A stretch of DNA of 64,000 bases from Amoebidium appalachense (GCA_963693365.1 CAVNZM010000004.1:14444524-14508523), one strand, 5' to 3'; counted from the stretch's first letter, positions 11,809-25,095 are shown. Translations and numbers: made by a program. Notes: generated from the sequence alone by a model not told the origin.

Positions 11809-14800
11809 ACAACAACAACAACAACAACAAAAAAAAAATTCACGAAAAAAAAAAAAAAGACCACCACCGCCAACACCATCCGTCGCCTACCAAAGCCCAC
11901 ACACAAGCCCGCTACTCGCCAACAGTCCCCAGCCCAGCATACTTTGCCAATGCCAACTCCCACGTCCACACACCCCACACAGGTCTCCCCCCCTCCCCCC
12001 CCCCCCGAAAAAAAAAGGTCCAGCCCCACCATCAAACAAGCAACCACCCCTCCCTCCCTCCCTCCCTTCCCTCTCCCTCCCTCCCCCCTCCATCCCCCCC
12101 CCTCCCACACACACACACCATTACACACCCAAACACAGTTACACATAAACATAAACCACGCCCTCCCCAACACCACCCCACCCAAACCCGCAAGCACCCA
12201 GGCACACGTCCAGACGTACACCGACAGCAACAATCAACACGCACCCCCTCATCGGCCCAGGCCTTCTCCTCTGCACGCAGTCTGTCCTGGATCCCGTTGA
12301 GCTGACGTAGAAGCTGCACCATAATGTCAGTCCCATGGGCAGAGTGCCCACGTGCCTACGTCTGCATGTGCACATGCATGTATACGTAGCGTGTGTGCAT
12401 GAGAGCCTGTGCCTGTATGTGTGTGCATATATGGTGTGTGTGTCAACGAGTGTGCAGGTGCATGATGTGTGCCCACGTGAGCACCATGCCTACTTGCACG
12501 TGCATGGTGTGTGCCCACGTGAGCACCATGCCTACTTGCACGTGCATGGTGTGTGCCCACGTGAGCACCATGCCCACTTGCACGTGCATGGTGTGTGCCC
12601 ACGTGAGCACCATGCCTACTTGCACGTGCATGGTGTGTGCCCACGTGAGCACCATGCCTACTTGCACGTGCATGGTGTGTGCCCACGTGAGCACCATGCC
12701 TACTTGCACGTGCATGGTGTGTGCCCACGTGAGCACCATGCCTACTTGCACGTGCATGGTGTGTGCCCACGAGTGTGCAGATGCATGTGCCGTGTGCGGT
12801 CTGGGGCTCACCTTTGTGTAGTTGAAGCTGCCGTCCATCTGGTTGCCTTTGCCCTCAAACGGCGCCCGCCAGAACTTGGTGCCATCCTGCCCAACTGTCA
12901 GCCATCCCCCATGCATCGAACAACTATGTATGCCAGGGCCCTTGCACTTACAGCGCAGTCCGGGTCCAGCATGGCCTTTCTGATGATGTCCACGTACAGG
13001 TCGTAGTTGAACAGGAACCAGCCCTTGAGCGCATAGCGGAACGCCCAGCTGTCGTCCATGTCTGCACACACAGCACTCGGTCCACTCAGTCCATGCCCAC
13101 ACACACACAGCCACACACAAGCACATATGCACATGCGCGCCACACACAGGCACACACACACACACACACGTAATATGACCCCCCCCCCCCCCCTCCCTCC
13201 CTCCCCCCCCCCCCCCCCTCCCCCCCCCAAAACAAAAAAAAAAACAAAAAAAAAAAAAAAAAAAAAAAAACAGGTTTGCCCCGTCTTTGCCAGCCCCGAT
13301 AAACTCGACCAGTACACCTTTAGTCATAAACTTTACCTCCCCCCCCCCCCCCCCCCCCTCTTCCACACGATGGTGGTAATGCAACCATCAAAGCACCATT
13401 CGAGAAAGTCATGGAAAAAGGGGGGGGGGGGAGGGGGGGGGGGGGGGGAGGTGGGGAGGGGGGGGGGGAGGGCGTGCACACCCCTGAAGCACCGTCGTTC
13501 CCACCCCGCCTCCTTGTCATCCCCTCCCTCCCCCTCCCCCCTCCCCCCTCCCCCCCCCCCCCACACACACACAGGGGCACGTACACGAGTAGTCCCTGCC
13601 GTCCAGAATGTTCTCGATGACGCCACACACGGCCACCCGGATGGTCTCGTGCTGCACAACACCCTCAGCACCCACCCACCAAATGCCATCAGCCCCCTAT
13701 GCCCTTATGCCCTTATCCTGCAAATCAACACCCTAGCTTAGAACATGTCCACAAAACAGCCCAGAAAATGCTCAAGAACCAGCACCTGGCAACGACACAA
13801 TCATCCCCCCCCCCCCCTCCCCCCCTCCCTCCCTCCCCACACCCACCCACCCACGCACAACGCTCCCGGCCCACACACAGCCAGTATTCCCATTGCAATG
13901 AAGAAGTAAGCGGCAAGGCAGGGGCAACAGGACACGATGCAATGGCGCTTGGGCCAAGCAACATCACACAGGCAACCAACCAACCCCCCCTGAGAGAACA
14001 CAAGGCCTCACATGTGCAGGCTAGCACCCATGCTCCATGTTCAACCTGGCACCACACATTAGACCCACCTTGATTTTGTCGTTGTACTTTTTGTGTGTCG
14101 GCTCATCCCCCTCCTTGTCGTACCTGCAGAAAACAGGCAGTTGGCAACAAACACGGCCATGGGTGCATGCACATGCATGTGTGGGAAGTAGGTGTGTAGG
14201 TGCGTTTGTGTGCATGCGTCTGCACTCATTCTTGCAAAAGCAGGCATTTGCGCATGTGTGTGGGTAGGGGTTTAAATTACTGAGGTTGTGCATGTGAGGG
14301 CACCTACCCGGGCACGATCTTGTTCTTGCAGCAGTGGGTATGCATGTGTGTGCATGTGTTGGGCACTCATCTTGTAGGGGTGTGTGTGTGTGTGTTATAC
14401 GTGTGCACAGGTGTGCATGTGCATATCAAGGCAGGTTCCTGTAGGGGTGGGTGTGCATGTGTGTGCACGTGCGCACATGCGTGAGCACGTGTGTGCATGT
14501 GTGTGTCCCTGAATACATGTGTGTTTTACGTGCCCGGGCTCGTTCCTGTAGGGGTGGGTGTGCATGTGTGCACATGTGTGTGCCTGTGTGTGCCTGTGTG
14601 TGCACGTGTGTGCACGTGTGTGCACGTGTGTGCACGTGTGTGCACGTGTGTGCACGTGTGTGCCCGTGTGTGCCCGTGTGTGCCCGTGTGTGCCCGTGTG
14701 TGCACGTGTGTGCCTGTGTGTGCACGTGTGTGCCTGTGTGTGCACGTACCCGGGCTCGTTCCTGTAGGGGTGTGTGTGCATGAGGCTCTGGATGGAGCGC

Positions 14801-16373
14801 AGCACGGCCTGGATGTTGTGCACGGCACTCCACTGCTCCCCACTCTCCCCCTCCCACGTCCCCAGGATCGACAGGCACACCTTGCCATCTGCATACTGCT
14901 CACACAGTCAGCGCCCAGCACATGGCCACGTGCAGCAGAAACACATGTACACAAGCACACGATACACACAGCCTGAGAGGCACAAACAAACACCGCCATG
15001 CAAACAGACACAGATGTACCATGCAAGCACACACAGACACATGCAAGCACACACATAGCCACATTGCAAGCACACAGACACATGCAAGCACACACATAGC
15101 CACATTGCAAGCATACACAGACACATGCAAGCACACACAGACACAGCCGTGCAAGACACACAGACACAGCCCGGCAAGCACACACAGACACAACCCGGCA
15201 AGCACACACAGACACAGCCATGCAAGCGCACGCAGACACAGCCATGCAAGCACACGCAGACACAGCCATGCAAGCACACACAGACACAGCCATGCAAGCA
15301 CACACAGACACAGCCCGGCAAGCACACACAGACACAGCCATGCAAGCATACACAGAAACAGCCCAGCAAGAGCACACAGACACAGCCATGCAAGCACACA
15401 CAGACACAGCCATGCAAGCACACACAGACACAGCCCGGCAAGCACACACAGACACAGCCATGCAAGCACACACAGACACAGGCATGCAAGCACACACAGA
15501 CACAGGCATGCAAGCACACACAGACACAGCCGGCACAGCCAGCAAGCACACACAGACACAGCCATGCAAGCACACACAGACACAGCCATGCAAGCACACA
15601 CAGACACAGCCATGCAAGCACACACACACACAGCCCGGCAAGCACACACAGACACATTCGGGCAGGCACCCAGATACACCCATGCCAGCAAAAAACAGAC
15701 ACGTGCATAAAAGCACACACACATGCATGCAGGCGCACACATGCAGGCAGGCACAGGCACGGGCATGCACACACACACGCATGCAGGCACACACATACAA
15801 GCACACACAGGCACAGGCAAGCACACACACAGGCACACATGTCAGCACGGACCAGGTTTGGGTTGAAGCGAGTGAGGCCCTGGTTGGTGGTGGTGATGAC
15901 CACACGGGGGGGCCTCTGGGGATAGTCGTTGGGCACGGTGATGTCGAAGTGGAACATGCCGAACCCGTACGGTGTGTCCGGTGACCCCATTATCACCGCC
16001 CTGCAGCCCAATGTCAGCCAGTAGTTCCCCCTCCCCTCACCCCCTCCCCCCTTATGCACCCATACACCCCCAAGTGGTTTCATGGTTCCTGCAGTGTCCC
16101 ACAATTCCAATCCCTCCCCTCAATCTCTTACCAGGATTCATATCCCTACATAAATGCAGTTAGCACCGCCATTTCATCCCTCCTCCTCCCCCCCCCCCCC
16201 CCCCCCCCCCGCGCGCCCAAACACGAGCGCGCGCTCCCAACCAGCCCCTCCACCCCCCACCCCCCCCCCCCCCCCGCCCCTCTCTCCCTCCCCCCCCCTC
16301 CCCCCCAAAAAAATCCACACACACACATGCCCACACACACACACACGCACACACACACGCACACACAAACACA

Positions 16374-16414
<41 letters not shown>

Positions 16415-16694
16415 ACACACACGCACACACACACCCCACCTCCCCAACTATGTAACCCCCCCTTCCCCGCCCCTTCTACTCTCCCCCACACCGCCTCCGC
16501 CTCCTCAACCCTCGCCTCCGCCTCCCTCCCCTCCTCCTCCTCCTCCCCACATCCCCCCACCTCAAGTGGTTGAGCTGGGCATTGCCCTGGTCATCCTCCA
16601 CGGGTGCCACCAGCAGGTCGACGTTCTTTGCCAGTGAGAGCTCTCGCAGCTCCTTCTGGATGTACTTGGCCACGTGCCCCATCCCCACGTCCAT
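9471..16694 (-). CDS. Tandem ubiquitin-conjugating-domain protein (UBE2Z/BIRC6-type UBC + inactive UEV-like UBC); exons 16694-16561, 16000-15853, 14895-14750, 14123-14069, 13651-13585, 13061-12952, 12886-12812, 12313-12245, 11441-11375, 11037-10942, 10450-10330, 10112-10016, 9584-9471
   Basis: Domain 1: [28 protein letters not shown]|[21 protein letters not shown]. Domain 2: [31 protein letters not shown] with no Cys. GT..AG junctions are phase-consistent; the last donor is the GTGCAT 4 nt downstream of a GTACGT. A probable 5'UTR exon ends near 17335. Confidence 0.88.
12466..12772. repeat. 42-bp intronic minisatellite x7 (GTGTGTGCCCACGTGAGCACCATGCCTACTTGCACGTGCATG)
   Basis: Near-perfect tandem copies, with two CACGTG per unit. 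Confidence 0.95.
14575..14746. repeat. 10-bp tandem repeat (TGCACGTGTG/TGCCCGTGTG) abutting a splice donor
   Basis: Read directly from the sequence. Confidence 0.9.
15020..15655. repeat. ~24-bp intronic minisatellite (GCAAGCACACACAGACACAGCCAT)n
   Basis: More than 20 tandem copies in UBC gene intron 2. Confidence 0.9.
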
Positions 16695-18814
16695 CCTGGG
16701 GGGAGGGAGGGGGGGAGGGGGGGGGGGGGGGTATTGAAGTTATTTACAGAAAACAGTCGGCCTTCATGCCATGGACAACGAAAAAAGCAGTGTGGGACGT
16801 GACATAAATTGCCGGAATGAGCCCACAATGAATGCAACGTGCACAGGAATGAGGTGAAAGCCACCCTTCCTATGTAAGGCCCGCACTTCCAGGCACCCAT
16901 CCTTGCACACATGAGGCAGTATCAGCATAAAGGGACAAGCAAACGAGAAAGACACAGAACACAACAACATACGGGCACACAAACAGGCACACATCAACGA
17001 ATGTCTGCGCTCACAACTGTTTTTCCTTGCCCGTCAAGCCGCCCTTAGGTCCACTACCGAACACGGGAAAGGGGCACAATTGAGCCACTTTGTGTTTTTC
17101 GCCAGGAGTCTGACAGAGTGGTAGCACCTATATCAACCACCAGACCAGGGCTGCTAGATGCAGACAACCGCCAATGCTTCGCACAACAGCAGGCACAGAA
17201 CCACTTCAGCCAGTCAGCAGGCAGCGAAAGGGCTTGACACGACAACCACACAAGACCAGCAACAAAGAGCCAAAGTCCTTTGCAAGCAAACCCCAACACA
17301 CAGCCGTGCAACCCCCCTGACCCCTCAAGCTCACCGTGCAGGAACAGATACAGGTTCTTCTCGCTGTGTGCCTGTGGCGCTGGCCCGTTAAAAAGCACAA
17401 GTCTAAGATTAGACGTCACACTCAAAATGACAACATGGCAACGCTTGTGCCTGTGAGTGTGCCTTCCTCATACAAGACTCAGGGGTCAAACTGAGCCAGC
17501 TGTCTTGTGTTCCTGCCACTTACACAGTCTGCAAGTTATGGTTCTACTCTCGTGTTCCCTCTAATCAACTTTGGAAAATCTCGGGCTACCGTGGCCTTGT
17601 TTCTCTCTAGCTACCGCCTACTGTAACTCGAGTCGAAAGTTGAGACTGCCTGAGACGAGGTCACTGTGAAGTAGTAAAGTGACGTGAGCTAAGGCGGTAA
17701 ACAGGCGGCAGTATAACTGTATAAATAACCTCCTTGGTTGGTACTTTAAAACTTTTGATTATGTAAGAGCGCAAAATTACATTTTAACTCAAATTATAGC
17801 CTTGAATGTTCATGCAGGTCTATCTCCGCCATGGTTGTCTGTAGCCGGAGTGTTGGAGCCAACATATATGAGCAAGGGTGCCCACTAGCCTGGGGCCTGG
17901 TCAATATTTGCACCGAGCACACTGTGTGAGGGCTGCATGGAGACTTGCTTTGCCGTGATACGGTGTTGCTTGTGCCAGACCGTGTTCATACCCATGGCCC
18001 ATGTGTCTTCTACTCGGGGCAAGGAGGAAGGGGGGGAAAGGGAGCAAAAGAGTGACTTGGGGAGCGCCCAACCGTGTGCGCTGGTGGTGTGCTGTGTGCA
18101 TGTGTGCGTAGTTGTGTGTCACGTTGATTTTGTGTATTTTTTTATGTGCTCAGCGGTGGTTGGGGGGAGGGGGGGGAGGGGGGAGGGGGAGAGAGGGGGG
18201 TTTTGGCCGATCTGCTATATAACACGGTGGCCGGCCCACCCGGCTGATGCCCACGCATTGTTTGCAGCCTCAGGGCTTGTATATGTTTGTGTGTTTAGCG
18301 GTGTTGGTGGTGGAGGGGGGAGGGGGGCGGGGTGTGTCTTTTTTTCGGCGGGGGGGGGGAGGGGGGGGGGGAGGGGGGGGGGGGGGGGGGGGGGGATGGC
18401 TAACATGTGTTGCAAATCACGACGTAAACAAATTCTTTAAACGACGGGCAACATCATGCAGACTTGCAGAGAACACACCGGGTGGGGAGTTGGGGGGTGG
18501 GGGGGGGAGGAGGAGGGGGGGAGGGGGGGGGGGGGGGAGGGGGGGAGGGGGGGGCTGTGGGTTTACACGGTGGCAGTGCTTTGCCAACCTTAAGTATGCA
18601 TGAGGTCCAGACAATTGTTGCGAGGGTCATGCAGAGTTAGCTTGGAGGAAGTTTGAATCCAGGCTGCCTGCCCAACTGCTGAGTCTTCTATCGTGTTTAT
18701 TCACAACGGTCTTGACCGACTTTTCTGCCATGCTAAGCACAGCTGGACAACCAAAAAGACACCGCACGGCGAGGCAAGGAGCATGGAGCACGCACAGTGC
18801 CTTCCACACACTGT

Positions 18815-19630
18815 CTATGCGGGGACCGAGGCCATGGTGAGCAACAGGGGGTGGGCGTGGTTGCGGTCCACACTCTCGTCCCACCCCAAATCCTCTTCGC
18901 CGGCCTCAGGCGGTGGCCGTGCGACCGTGAAGGCCTCACGTATGTCCGTGTCCACATAGCCAGCCTCGGCCAGCCAGTTGGCCCACTGTGCACGAGTGAA
19001 GCCGCCGTGGTGCAGCACCACGTGGTGCACGCTGGACGGGTGGAAGGCCTCGCTCTCCTTCGTGTGTTCCAGGTCGAAGATGGCCAGCCGGCCCGTGCCC
19101 GGCCGCAGGTACGGTTTAAGGGACCGCAGGGTGGCCGGCACGTCATCAATGTGGTGGAAAGCCATCACGCTCACAATCAGGTCGTAGGACCCCGCGTCGG
19201 GCAGGGGGGTCACGTTGACGTCTGCACACACGCAGCTGGCGTTAGCCCAGCCCTTCTCCTGTATCTTCTTTGCGTACTGGTCGATCATGCCCTGGGCCGG
19301 GTCCACGCCCAGCAGGCTGGCGGCCAGCGGCTGCAGGTGCTCGCTCAGCAGCCCCGTGCCGCAGCCAAAGTCCATCACCCGCAGCCCCTGCAGCCCGGCC
19401 CCCAGCACGCGCTGCAGACACGCAAACGACTGCGCCGACATGTACTGTGTCAGCGCCTTTTTGTCCCACTGCGCCGCCTCCCCCGAGAAGTGTGCCCGCA
19501 CGTCGCCTTGGTTCTCGAGCCCGTGCGAGTGCCCGTGGGCATGGGCGTGTGAGTGGCTGTGGCCGTGGCTGTGGCTGTGGTCGTGGCGGTGCGCGTCTGC
19601 GCCGTCGTGAGAGTGTGCGTGGCTGGCCAT
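18815..19630 (-). CDS. Class I SAM-dependent methyltransferase with a His-rich N-terminus (intronless)
   Basis: Motif I VMDFGCGTG, then LLGVD..GMI, YDLIVSVMAFHH, LRPGTGRLAIFD and HGGF. ATG at 19630 is followed by a poly-(HX) tract. Confidence 0.9.
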   Translation of the reverse strand: MASHAHSHDGADAHRHDHSHSHGHSHSHAHAHGHSHGLENQGDVRAHFSGEAAQWDKKALTQYMSAQSFACLQRVLGAGLQGLRVMDFGCGTGLLSEHLQPLAASLLGVDPAQGMIDQYAKKIQEKGWANASCVCADVNVTPLPDAGSYDLIVSVMAFHHIDDVPATLRSLKPYLRPGTGRLAIFDLEHTKESEAFHPSSVHHVVLHHGGFTRAQWANWLAEAGYVDTDIREAFTVARPPPEAGEEDLGWDESVDRNHAHPLLLTMASVPA

Positions 19631-19756
19631 GGCTGCGTCTGCGTGCTCAGTTGTTCGCCGTGCAGTCAGGGAAAACACTTCACATGCGAATAAAGGACAC
19701 AGAAGACGTTTCATTGAAAGAGTCACAAAGTGCGGCGGTGCTACGGTGTGTGGGGC

Positions 19757-20167
19757 AGGGGTGTGGCGACTTGACTCCGAGTCGCGACTTGAAGTCACGA
19801 AAGCTCCTGACTTGAGTCAAGTCAAGTCAGGCCATCAGGCGTGACTGGGAGGTGACTTGGGGGAGGAGGGGGGAGGTGGCCCGGGCCCGGCCCCGGAGGA
19901 GGGGGTGGGGGGGGGGGGTCGGGTATGTAGGGGGGAAACTCGAAGGGACTGACAATTGATGGCCCGGAAAGGTCCCCCCTTCCCCCCCTCCCCCCCCCTC
20001 CCCCCCCCTCCGGGGGCCACGGGCCAAAAAATGTACTAAAAATAGTAACAAGTCACCTAAAGTCGCGACTTGAGTCATAGTGTCTCAAGTCGCGACTCCA
20101 AGTCAAGTCAAGTCAAAAGCTCCAGCTGCCAATTATAATTATAGGTCAAGTCAAGTCATGAACATTG
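19757..20167. mobile_element. MITE/hAT-like end remnant with GACTTGA/TCAAGTC subterminal repeats
   Basis: Clusters of GTCGCGACTTGA and (CAAGT)n at both ends; the right end reads CAATGTTCATGACTTGACTTG on the minus strand. No TSD was found. Confidence 0.45.
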
Positions 20168-20320
20168 AAGGCTCCGCCACACCCATGGTGTGGGGCCGTC
20201 GATGGTGCCCGAAAACCGTGAGCCACAGGCGGCCAATAGGAGCCCAGGTACTGAGCCATGACGTCAGCAGCCTGTTGTTTGCGACATTCCCCCCCCCCTC
20301 CCCCCCCCCTCCATCCCCCC

Positions 20321-20351
<31 letters not shown>

Positions 20352-20805
20352 AACACACACACACATACACACACACACGCACGCGCCCTCGTGAGCCTTG
20401 ACTTTCCGACGATGTACATACGGAGCCTGGGCATGTGGGTGAGGGACCCGGAGCAAGTATACGATAGATTGGTGGGCTTGCGCTAAATTCAGGGAGCAGC
20501 AGTAGTAAATCTGTTTAAAATGGAGAGTGGGAGGAGCTACATGCGGTTCCTCTAGACTACAATTGCTGTGTAAGACTGCAGGGCCATTCAAAAACGCCGC
20601 GCCGTTACGTTGTGTATGTTGGCCCAAAGTGGCAGCCGAGGGACTTGTTGGGTGGAAGTTCTGCTGGCCTTGGTGGCCTCATGTGATCACCTCATGACAC
20701 ACACACACGGCTCAAATATGCATGAATTAATGGCATGGTATACCCCTCTCCCCTCCTTCCCCCCTTCCCCCTTCCCTTCCCCGCAATATATTGTAATATT
20801 ACTGT

Positions 20806-21340
20806 GAGCTAAATTGTTCTGCATTAATCAGAAATATTCTGTAAAGAGCTGGATAGTTTTGCTTCCGAAGCTTAACTAAACTCCAGCTGAATTATTCTGC
20901 ACGACCCAGCTTGCGATTCAGAGCCGAGTTATTCTGCTTGTAAAGCTGAATACTCTGCTGATGGGAACAAAAACCATTTCTGCTAAAAGGAGAATTGTTC
21001 TGTTAGAAGCAGATTTAATCTGCAAAAGCAGAGTATCGTGCTAAAAGCAGAGTTATCCTGCTAAATTTAAAGAGGAATTATCATGCTAAAAGCAGAATTA
21101 TCCTGCTAAAAGCAGAATTATTCTGCAAAAGCAGAATTATTCTGCAAAAGCAGATCACTCTGCAAAAAGCAGAATTATTCTGCTTTTAGCAGAATCACTC
21201 TGCTTAAAGTTTTAGCAAAATTATTCTGCAAAAAGCAGAATTATTTTGCTCCTGGCAGCAGGATAAACTTGCTTCAAGCAGAATAATTCTGCTTTTAGCC
21301 AAATATCTTGCTCGGAGCAAGTTTACTCTAGCCCAGCTGC
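20806..21340. repeat. Palindromic-unit array (AAAAGCAGAATTATTCTGC)n with an orientation flip; foldback-like
   Basis: More than 15 degenerate copies. CTGCAAAA units on the left switch to CTGCTTTT units after about 21180. Confidence 0.75.
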
Positions 21341-21834
21341 CGATGTGGTTGGGCCGGGCCCTCACATGCATGGCGACAGCAAACCACAGGTCAAGGTTGA
21401 ATGCAAGGCCCTGCATGTTTTGGCACGATGATACCGATATATAGTTTCAATAGTACATGCACCAATCACGGTGTCTGTACTGCAGCCGGCCAACAGTTCT
21501 GAAGACCTTGGCCCGTCAGGACTTCAGGAAGGGGAGGGAAAGGTCATGGGGTTTTTGCCAAGTTCCAGCCATTGCACCACCTCGTTGAGAGTCTCCCTCC
21601 ATCCATCCATCTACCCCTGGCTCCCCGGGTCCTCCCACCGGTACCCTCCTATCCCTCTCTCACTGCCATCCTCCCCGGGCCTACCTCTCCCCCCCCTCCC
21701 CCCCCTCCCCCCCCCCCCCCCCTCCTGCCCTTCCCTTATCAGCCCCCCCCCCCCCCCCCCCCAAAAAAAAAAAAAGAAAAAGAAAGGGAAAAAAAAAAAC
21801 CTTCATCCCTCTCTTGCTCTCCCTCTCCGAGGCT

Positions 21835-21921
<87 letters not shown>

Positions 21922-22300
21922 CCCCCCCCCCCCCCCCCCCCCCTCCCTCCCCCTCTCTCCCCCCCCTGTCTTCTTTTAAGACACTTCGGAACAAACCCCG
22001 TTCAAACTTTTGCTCTGAGCAAGTGCAGTGGCAGCAAGTGCACTCAGTCATTCATCAAAGATGACACATTTCGGGTGTAAACTATCAACCCAGAAATCGC
22101 CCTACAGTAGGCTTAGCGCTCTTAACTAGACCATCTCGTGCCCAGGCGCGCTCCCTGTGTATATGCAATGCAGCTACTCAGCCCTCGAAGGGCCGGGGGG
22201 GGGGGGGGGGGGGGTTGGATCCTCGACGGGGAGAAGGGGGGGGGGGGGGGGGGGGGGGCATGGGCGTTGGGGGGCCCCGGGGAGGAGGGGGGGGGGGGGG

Positions 22301-22343
<43 letters not shown>

Positions 22344-23399
22344 GTGGGGTTACCGTAGCACTGTGAGGCTCCCGTTTGCCTAGCGACTGTTTGCGTTTGT
22401 TTTGGTGTCGGTTGCTGGGTGCTATTTCTGAGCCGTGCCTACTGACTGGGTTGAAGGAAGCATGTCATTGAGGGAATAAACACAAAGCACTGGCCCCCGG
22501 ACCATACATTCTCGTTTTTAGTATATGTCGTTGGATATCCGGTGAAGCTATTTCAGCGACTATATCGTTGGGTCGATGGCAACTGTACAATATATCTATT
22601 CTTAGCCCGTCTGATGCCCCGATCGAAATAAAATCTATTTAAAAAAATAAAAAAATATATTCATAAGCACAAAAAATCTGTTACTCTGAAATAACTTCCA
22701 TTAGAATACTGGCTTTTGCTGAACATGTTAGCCAAAGGTTCTGTCGAATCAACCCTCTCCCCCCCCCCCCCCCCCCCCCCCCCCCCCATAATAATAATAA
22801 TTGTAATAATAATAATAATAATAATAAAATAAATAAATAAAAAACAATCGACCTCTGGCATGATGGCATGCAAAGATCAGCTTGGGCACTCAACGTACGT
22901 GCATAGCATGCAAAAAAGTATTATGATATCCCAGGATTCATATGATAGCTTGAAATGCATATGGCATTTGTTAGCAGCTTAAAGATAGGGCATGCAAGCA
23001 AACAAACACATAAAGCCTCGTTCCAATTGAACTCGGGATATATGTATTGCATGAACCCCAAGATGCTTTATGTGATTGACATAGGATAGCGATGCAGTCA
23101 GTGGTTTTGAACTTCAGATCTCATTTAAATTTCCAGTATTGTACTTCAAGTGGTTTTATCAGAAACCACGACAATGTTACTCCACTCAAGAATCTGACAG
23201 CTTCGTTTCAACGTGACAAAACCCGCAAACTCACATACAACCTGTGGACTTCGAAATAGCCTTCCGAGATTCCCTATTAGTCGTTTGTAACTTGCTACTT
23301 TTCGTGTGACGGTTGACGCCCGAAGCATGTACATATATAGACCCACAGGCAAGCCATAACAGCCAGAGCACACCAAGTGGTATCTAAAAGTGCAATGTT

Positions 23400-23648
23400 G
23401 GGGTGCCACTATATATGGCGCTATGGTGCTACCATACATGGAAAAGGAGGCTACCATATATGGTGCTACGGTTCTACCATATCTTGCGCTAAGGTGCTAC
23501 CTTACATGGGAAAGGGTGCTACCATACACGGTGCTAGGGTGCTATTAATATTTTAGGACACTAGGGCGCCACATTTTAGGGTGCTACCATATATGGTGCT
23601 AAGGTGCTACCATATATGGCACCAAGGTGCTACCATATATGGCACTAG
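23400..23648. repeat. 23-bp minisatellite (GGTGCTACCATATATGGCACTAG-like) starting at the stop codon of the DUF4832 gene
   Basis: About 10 degenerate copies. Perfect CCATATATGG at 23454, 23587, 23610 and 23633. Confidence 0.9.
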
Positions 23649-23961
23649 GGGAAGTCTAGCAGCAATCCCCTCTGGGCGTTTGCATTTGCAAAGACTATTG
23701 CCTGTGTGGGATAGAGGGCCGGGCTGTGCAGGTAGAAGTGCACGTGGAGTGGTGGGGCTGGCGGCAGCTGCATGGGGATGAACACAGGAGACACGCCGTT
23801 TTCTGTGCATCGTGTGAGATAGGGTGAGAGAAGGGGGGAGGGGGGAAGGGGGAGAGGGGGAGAGGGGGGAGGGGGGCATGTGTGTGTAAGCAAAGTTGAG
23901 GGCATGAGAGAGAGTGTGTGTTATGTTCCCTGGGGCACGCGGGGGGGGGGGGGGGGGGGGG

Positions 23962-23993
<32 letters not shown>

Positions 23994-24598
23994 AGGGAGG
24001 GGGGAGGACAAAGGGGGGGAAGGGGGGGGGGGGGGGGGGGGTTCACCAGTACCCTAAACCTCAACCTTAGCCACTCACAGACAGTATGTTTTGGCATTGA
24101 AAAATACTTCACGATGGGGAAAGGTGCAAGATCAACATTCAACAGTCCCCCCCCCCCCCTCCCCCCCTCCATCCAAATCAACATTTAACAGCCCCCCCCC
24201 CCCCTCCCCCCCCCCCCCCCCCCCCCCCCCCGCCCCTAACAAAAAAAAAAAGTCCGGTGCTTTGATCATGAGGCACAGGATGTTGTCTACCCTGGGCGAT
24301 ATGTATGTAATGGGGGGGGGGGGGGGGGGGGATGTTGTGAGACTGAGCAGGCCACAAACTCTATCTACCATTGAGCATGCAGTCCCACTATGGAACACAA
24401 CGACCCGCTATCGAACACAACGACCCATTATGGAACACCCGACCTACTATGGCACATACCTGGGAGGAAGAAATTGAAGTTGTATGGGGCCGTGGCCGGG
24501 GTCCCATTATTGATTGTGGCACACAGAAACAGGTCGTGGTAGAAGGGTGCTATGCCCGTGTTCTGCAGGTGCACTACTAGCCCATTCTGTGCTACCTC

Positions 24599-24671
<73 letters not shown>

Positions 24672-24681
24672 GTGTGTGCGT

Positions 24682-24765
<84 letters not shown>

Positions 24766-25095
24766 ACCTGTGCCCGCTTGCGTGCGTGCAGGCGTGTGTG
24801 TCCATGGATGCGGTAAGTGTAGGTCTCAAACATTTCAATGGCCGAAAGTTACAGGTCCACCCACACACAGGCATGTTTGACCAACCCTCCTCCCCCACAG
24901 AACACCACCACAAGCACCTCTCACGCTTGCAGCCACCCCACCATCTCCGTAAACCACCACCCCCCCCTGCCTGCACTCTGAAAACAGCATTTTTGGATAC
25001 CAGCCCAAGTAGACGCAACCCAGCACCCACCTTGCGCACGTAGAACTGGTAGCCAAGACGCCGTGCTGCTACAATGGCTCGTTGCCGGTCGTCGG

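Noticed and set aside
22070-22140. tRNA/SINE-like sequence on the minus strand (GAGATGGTCTAGTTAAGAGCGC...)
   Set aside because: It has an A-box-like start but no proper TTCGA B box or cloverleaf.
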